A DNA stretch of 64,000 bases from Gekko japonicus (lineage: Eukaryota): contig NW_015164664.1 in NCBI RefSeq assembly GCF_001447785.1, positions 588,274-652,273 on the forward strand. Direction: 5' to 3'. How positions within the stretch are numbered: position 1 is the first letter of the stretch; the number at the start of each line of letters is the position of its first letter. A program made the translations under genes and the position numbers. The notes below the pieces were generated by a model. The model worked only from the letters and a program-made list of their open reading frames with translations, searched no databases and was not told the DNA's origin. This document shows, one piece after another, positions 59,433 to 64,000 of this stretch.

Positions 59433-60390
59433 AAAATCTACAATATCTAATTCCCACATAAGTTGCAAAACTACACTGATCTATTTATTACAGTTGTTCA
59501 TCAGAACTTGGCTGCGTAAGATTTATTTGTATATACACTAAATTTTCACTCCTGGTTTTTCTTTTCTATCTTTTCATTGCTTCATATCTAAAATTTCATT
59601 ACTACAAACATGTATTGTCTACCTCTTAATCATTCTCCACTCTGACAATTTAGTCCTAATTTGCAACTACATATTCAAAAAGTACATTCTATTTTTCTTG
59701 AAATTCTGAATTCAATCTATTATGTAAATAACATGCTAGTTTTGCCATTGTTGCATATCTATTTAATTAATTCATTAAGCTTATATCCCACAAGTGGGCT
59801 CAGGGCGGTTCACAACACATAAAAGATACAATAAAATAGGAATAAACGTATAATTAAAACTAAATTTAAAACTATCAGAACAAGATGGCAACTAAGACAA
59901 AAACAACAACTCCAGGGCAGTCCATAGTGCCTCCAGCAGGATGTTAGTCGAATACTAAATTACTGGAGGCAGGGGAGGCTGAGATGGTTGAACGTCCGCC
60001 ACCTCAGCGAAAGGCCTGGCAGAATCATTATATTGATGATATAACTGTACTTGTTTAACATTTACATTTTATACACACACACCATATACTGTAGTACCTC
60101 CTATAAAGATACTCTGTATAAAGCTGCTTCATTATAGCACCCTTTGTTTTGGGTGTAATTAAAAAAAAAAAAACCACGGGAGAAGGTGGTTGGGCAGCAA
60201 CTACACAGGATGATCAGCTCAAATATGGTCAGGCAGAATATGATGGGGGCACTTCCTCAAGTAGGATAACTACCACCAATTGTGCAACTGTGTTGGAGAT
60301 CTGTAAAAGATCTGCATAGATGAGGTCTCAGAAACTGACAAAGATGCCAGCTCTCCTGGGAGAAAGCCTTGACACAGAAGTGACCCAGAG

Positions 60391-60680
60391 AGCCAGTTTG
60401 GTGTAGTGGTTAAGAGCAGTGGACTCTAATCTGGAGAACTGGGTTTATAGAATCATAGTTGGAAGGGGCCGTAGAGGCCATCTAGTCCAACCCCCCTGCT
60501 CAATGCAAGCTCACCCTACAGTACCCCTGACAAGTGTTTGATTCCCCATTCCTTCACATGAAGCCAGCTGGGTGACCTTGGGTCAGTCACAGTTCTCTCA
60601 GAGCTCTCTCAGCCCCACCTACCTCACAGAGTGTCTGTTGTGGGGTGAAGAAGGGAAGGCGATTGTAAGCCACTCTGAAG
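60391..60680 (+). mobile_element. tRNA-derived squamate SINE with an inverted CR1 3'-end fragment (about 60447-60535) splitting its B box
   Basis: agccagtttggtgtagtggttaag head; insert atagaatcatagttggaagg..catctagtccaaccc; resumes at gtttgattcccc. Confidence 0.7.
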
Positions 60681-61989
60681 GCTTTATGGTTGAACACATG
60701 AAGCCACCTCACACTGAGATAGACCCTTGGTCCCTTAAGGTCAGTCTTGTCCACTCTGACTAGCAGCAGCTTTCCAGGGTCTCAGGGAGAGATCTTCCAT
60801 GTCACCTACTACCACTGAGGTCACAGCCCTTCTCCTCTCCTTGTTCTCTCTGCTCCTCATCTGCCTAAGGCTCTGGAAGTTGAGAGCTAGATGGAGCAAA
60901 CACTTCCAACTTGGTATAAGGCAGTATCATTTAATCATACAGACATAATGCATGGAAAATCCTGGTTTTCCATACAATATTGTTGTACAGTGTCAAATTG
61001 GGATGCCTCTGGAGTTCAGTCCGAGCTTGTTAACAGCTGTGTTCTAATAATTCTTCTCTCAGTTCTCATACTGTATTTTGAGGAACTGCAGGATTCTTCT
61101 GAGATCAGAAATGGGCAAAGCTTTGGTTTAAGAGAAGTGTCTCGACCACCCCAGGCAATCTTCTCATCTGCTGAGTGTGTTTATTTATTTATTTATTCTT
61201 CAAATTTGTATCCCGCCCTCCCCGGAGGCTCAGGGCGGCTAACAGGGGCACAAGTGCCTAATAAAAACAATAAGAACAGTATAAAATACAATACAATATA
61301 CAACATAATACAATTAATAAAATATCAGTGCTCCACTCCTCGCTCCAATTCCTACAATCAAGATTGTGTTCTACAGATGTTATAATAATACAACGACCGT
61401 ATGTCCCCACAACCCTATCATCCGCCAGGTACGTATCGCACCCCCCGATAATATCCGCATCGTGCAGTGCGGTGATGGAAAAGCGTTGGTGGAATAATGG
61501 TGTTCTAGGGTGTGATCTATTTACATGGGGCAATAGTGGCAAAGGGACTAGTCAGACACCCCCTGCATGCCTCAGCATTCCCTGCAAATGTTCAGAGACT
61601 CTTTGGCTAAAACTAATGCAGAGAGTTCCCAAAGGTATAATGAGTTGCGAAAAGCCAGTCTTTACATGGAGTTTGGTGGGTGAACACACTGTGCAACACA
61701 GGCACTCGAGAAAGCTCATAGCGTGTTTGAAAGAGGTGCTTTTGGTGAACATTGGAGATGGCCACTGTTCGCTTCTCTGGTACGCAAGATTAGGATTGCC
61801 AAGGGCCAGTTTGGGATGGCAACAGACCCCTGCCTGACCTTCAAACAACAACAGCCAGGTCAGGAGCGTGCATTCTGAAAGACGGAGAGAGAGAGCGGTG
61901 TCCATGCAAAGAAAAGAATTCATCTGAGGGTGCTTACCCCACACCCAAAGTGCACTTCTTTCCTCTTACTACTGTTAGCACTGCACAAG

Positions 61990-62175
61990 CTAGTTTCAGA
62001 GGGCAGTCATGTTGGTCTGCAGCAGAACAGTTAAATTCGAGTTCTGCAGCACCTTAGAGATGACGAGCAAGATTTTCAGGGTGTACGTTTTCGAGAGTCA
62101 AAGCTCCCTTCAAAGCTTACACCCTGAAAATCTTGTTCATCTCTAAGGTGCTCCTGGACTGGCATCTAACTGCAC
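61990..62175. mobile_element. Collapsed inverted Penelope-like pLTR (hairpin), hammerhead cores partly deleted
   Basis: gcaccttagagatga..caagattttcagggtgta pairs with tacaccctgaaaatcttg..tcatctctaaggtgc; tttcgagagtcaaagctcccttc is the reverse complement of a stem II-GAAA segment. Confidence 0.7.
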
Positions 62176-63529
62176 AAGCTAGGTATGGTGTCTCTGGACA
62201 GCAGAGGACGGAGGAAGATTTGCCCCAAACAAAGAGCTCCATGGATGGGAGTGGAGAGGAGGGTAGGCACAATTTCTTTTTCCTTCTGTTGAAAATCTTC
62301 CTCCATGCCCCTTCCCTCACCATCAGGTTTTCTCCTTGCCAGGGCCTCTCCTGCCTCCTGTTGCGATGGCCTCCAGGCATGCATTTCCTGCTGCTTTCTC
62401 TAGAGAGGTTTGTTTTCAGTGGCAGCTCCAGAAGGGGGTGGGGGAGTGGGTTGCTGCATGCGCAGATGCACAGCAGGAGGAAATGTTGCATCCAGGCCCG
62501 GCAAGTGGGAAATGGCACTGCAAACTGCCCTTTTGGAAATACCGAGGTCTACACAGCTGACACTGGAGATGTAATAAGGGTAGGTCAGAGCTCTGGCAAG
62601 GGAACAGCTATGCAAGAAAGGCTGTCCAGAGGTTCCTAGGGGTGGGAAGAGGGAATTACCCTTATGTTAAGCACATCATACAAGGATCTCAACATTGGAG
62701 ATCATGTTGCTTGCCCATAGGTGTTGTTCTTTTTTGGACAGGGTGATCCAACTAGGATACCCGTCCTCCCAGTGGGTGGGGGCAGACTGAAGAAAATCAG
62801 ATATGGGGATAAAAAAAGGACAATATAGAATTGTAGAATAAAAGGATGGGCTTCACTGGATGGCAGAACAGCATATGGCAAATTTGGGGCTATTGTGAGC
62901 AATGAGTTCTACAAAGTGGACTATAAATGAAGTAAATATATAAATAAATCAGTTGGGGGAGAAAGGCAAAATTACGCAGATTTTCATAGTGACCCAAGAT
63001 GGAGAGCAGGAAAATGGCATTTTGTCTAGAATCTGTTCCTCAGGACAGCTGTGACTGGGCTTGGGGTAGGGATAGCCAGCAAGGCCCAGTGTCCATGCAA
63101 GGAGAGAACAACAAATCTTACTTTAATCTGGAATGAGTTCTATATAGACCCAGTAAACCCACTGTTTTAATGGTGTACAGGTGCTATTCTGCCTACTGCA
63201 GGCATATTGTACTCTTGCATAGCAAGGATATGTGCATGTGTGTAGGATGGCCTCAGGGGTTGTAAGGCTGCTGAGAAAGATACGGACAGTCACTGACTTG
63301 GTCTTGCCCTCTTTCCTCTTCCTGGGTACCCTCAGTGTCTGCTAGAGAGTTGCTTGCCCACATTCCAGATTTGTGCCAGGCATGTTTTGGATAAAATCTT
63401 AAGTGTAGGCAATGGAAGGGGGTAGGAATGACCTCTGAAAGGCAACAAGGAGAAACAAGAGTGTTATGAGTCCTAATACTTCTCTCTTATATACATTGGA
63501 TTCCAGATAGTGCTAGATTGGCCAGTTGT

Positions 63530-63737
63530 TGTTTGCATCAAGTCACAGATGATTTACGATAACCCCATAGGGTTTTCAAGACAAGAGACATTCAGAGGTA
63601 GTTTGTCATTGCCTGCCTCTGCATTGTGAGTGACCCTGGTATTCCTTGGAAATCTCCCATTCAACTACTAGCCAGGATCAACCCTGCTTTGCTTCTGGGA
63701 TCTGATGAGATCAGGCTAGCCTGGCCTATTCAGATCT
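63530..63737 (-). mobile_element. 5S rRNA-derived SINE
   Basis: ccctggtattccttgga.atctcccat..tactagccagg..accctgctttgcttc..gatctgatgagatcaggc is reverse-complement 5S-like. Confidence 0.75.
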
Positions 63738-64000
63738 AGAAAATATAAAATAAAAATACCAAATAAAGCCATCGCCCAAAGCTTTTTAAAGAGGATACAT
63801 GTTTGTGTACCCCTACAGGAAAATGGCATTTTCCTGGTTGCCAAACAACCCCCTCTGAAGCCTATGATTGCAAACAATTGCTGTAGCCAGTTAGTTAGTT
63901 GCCCAGCCTAACCCTATGCATTTCTACTCCCATTTCAATGGGATTAACTCTCAAGTAAATACAGGATTTGGGAATGAGACATCTATGTTTTGAGCAGAGC

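Overview
Vertebrate genomic DNA from a squamate reptile, most likely a gecko judging by the SINE, Penelope, hAT and BovB repeat repertoire. The region corresponds to the GJB1-ZMYM3 neighbourhood of human Xq13.1. Three protein-coding genes are supported. (1) GJB1/connexin-32 on + (CDS 25435-26271), with a recognisable nerve-type P2 promoter and non-coding exon at about 22060-22290. (2) A second, intact alpha-type connexin on + (CDS 30145-31080) between GJB1 and ZMYM3, where I know of no human connexin; it best fits the GJA3-like gja2/cx39.9 group and has a paired MEF2/E-box muscle-type element upstream. (3) ZMYM3 on - with 24 coding exons (51247 to 32799), a CpG-island promoter at about 54.9-56.3 kb, and one apparent 2-nt frameshift. 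The rest is repeat-rich. Notable repeats are a young Penelope-like inverted insertion carrying two minimal hammerhead ribozymes inside a ZMYM3 intron, an ORF1-only (HAL1-like) L1 derivative in a three-layer nest, a hAT MITE that captured 100 bp of neighbouring DNA, 5S-derived and tRNA-derived SINEs, BovB, L1, L2, CR1 and RTE-X-like fragments, and a 590-bp palindrome. There is one 158-bp N gap. All calls were made by reading the sequence; no database searches were run, and comparisons with human or zebrafish are from recall.
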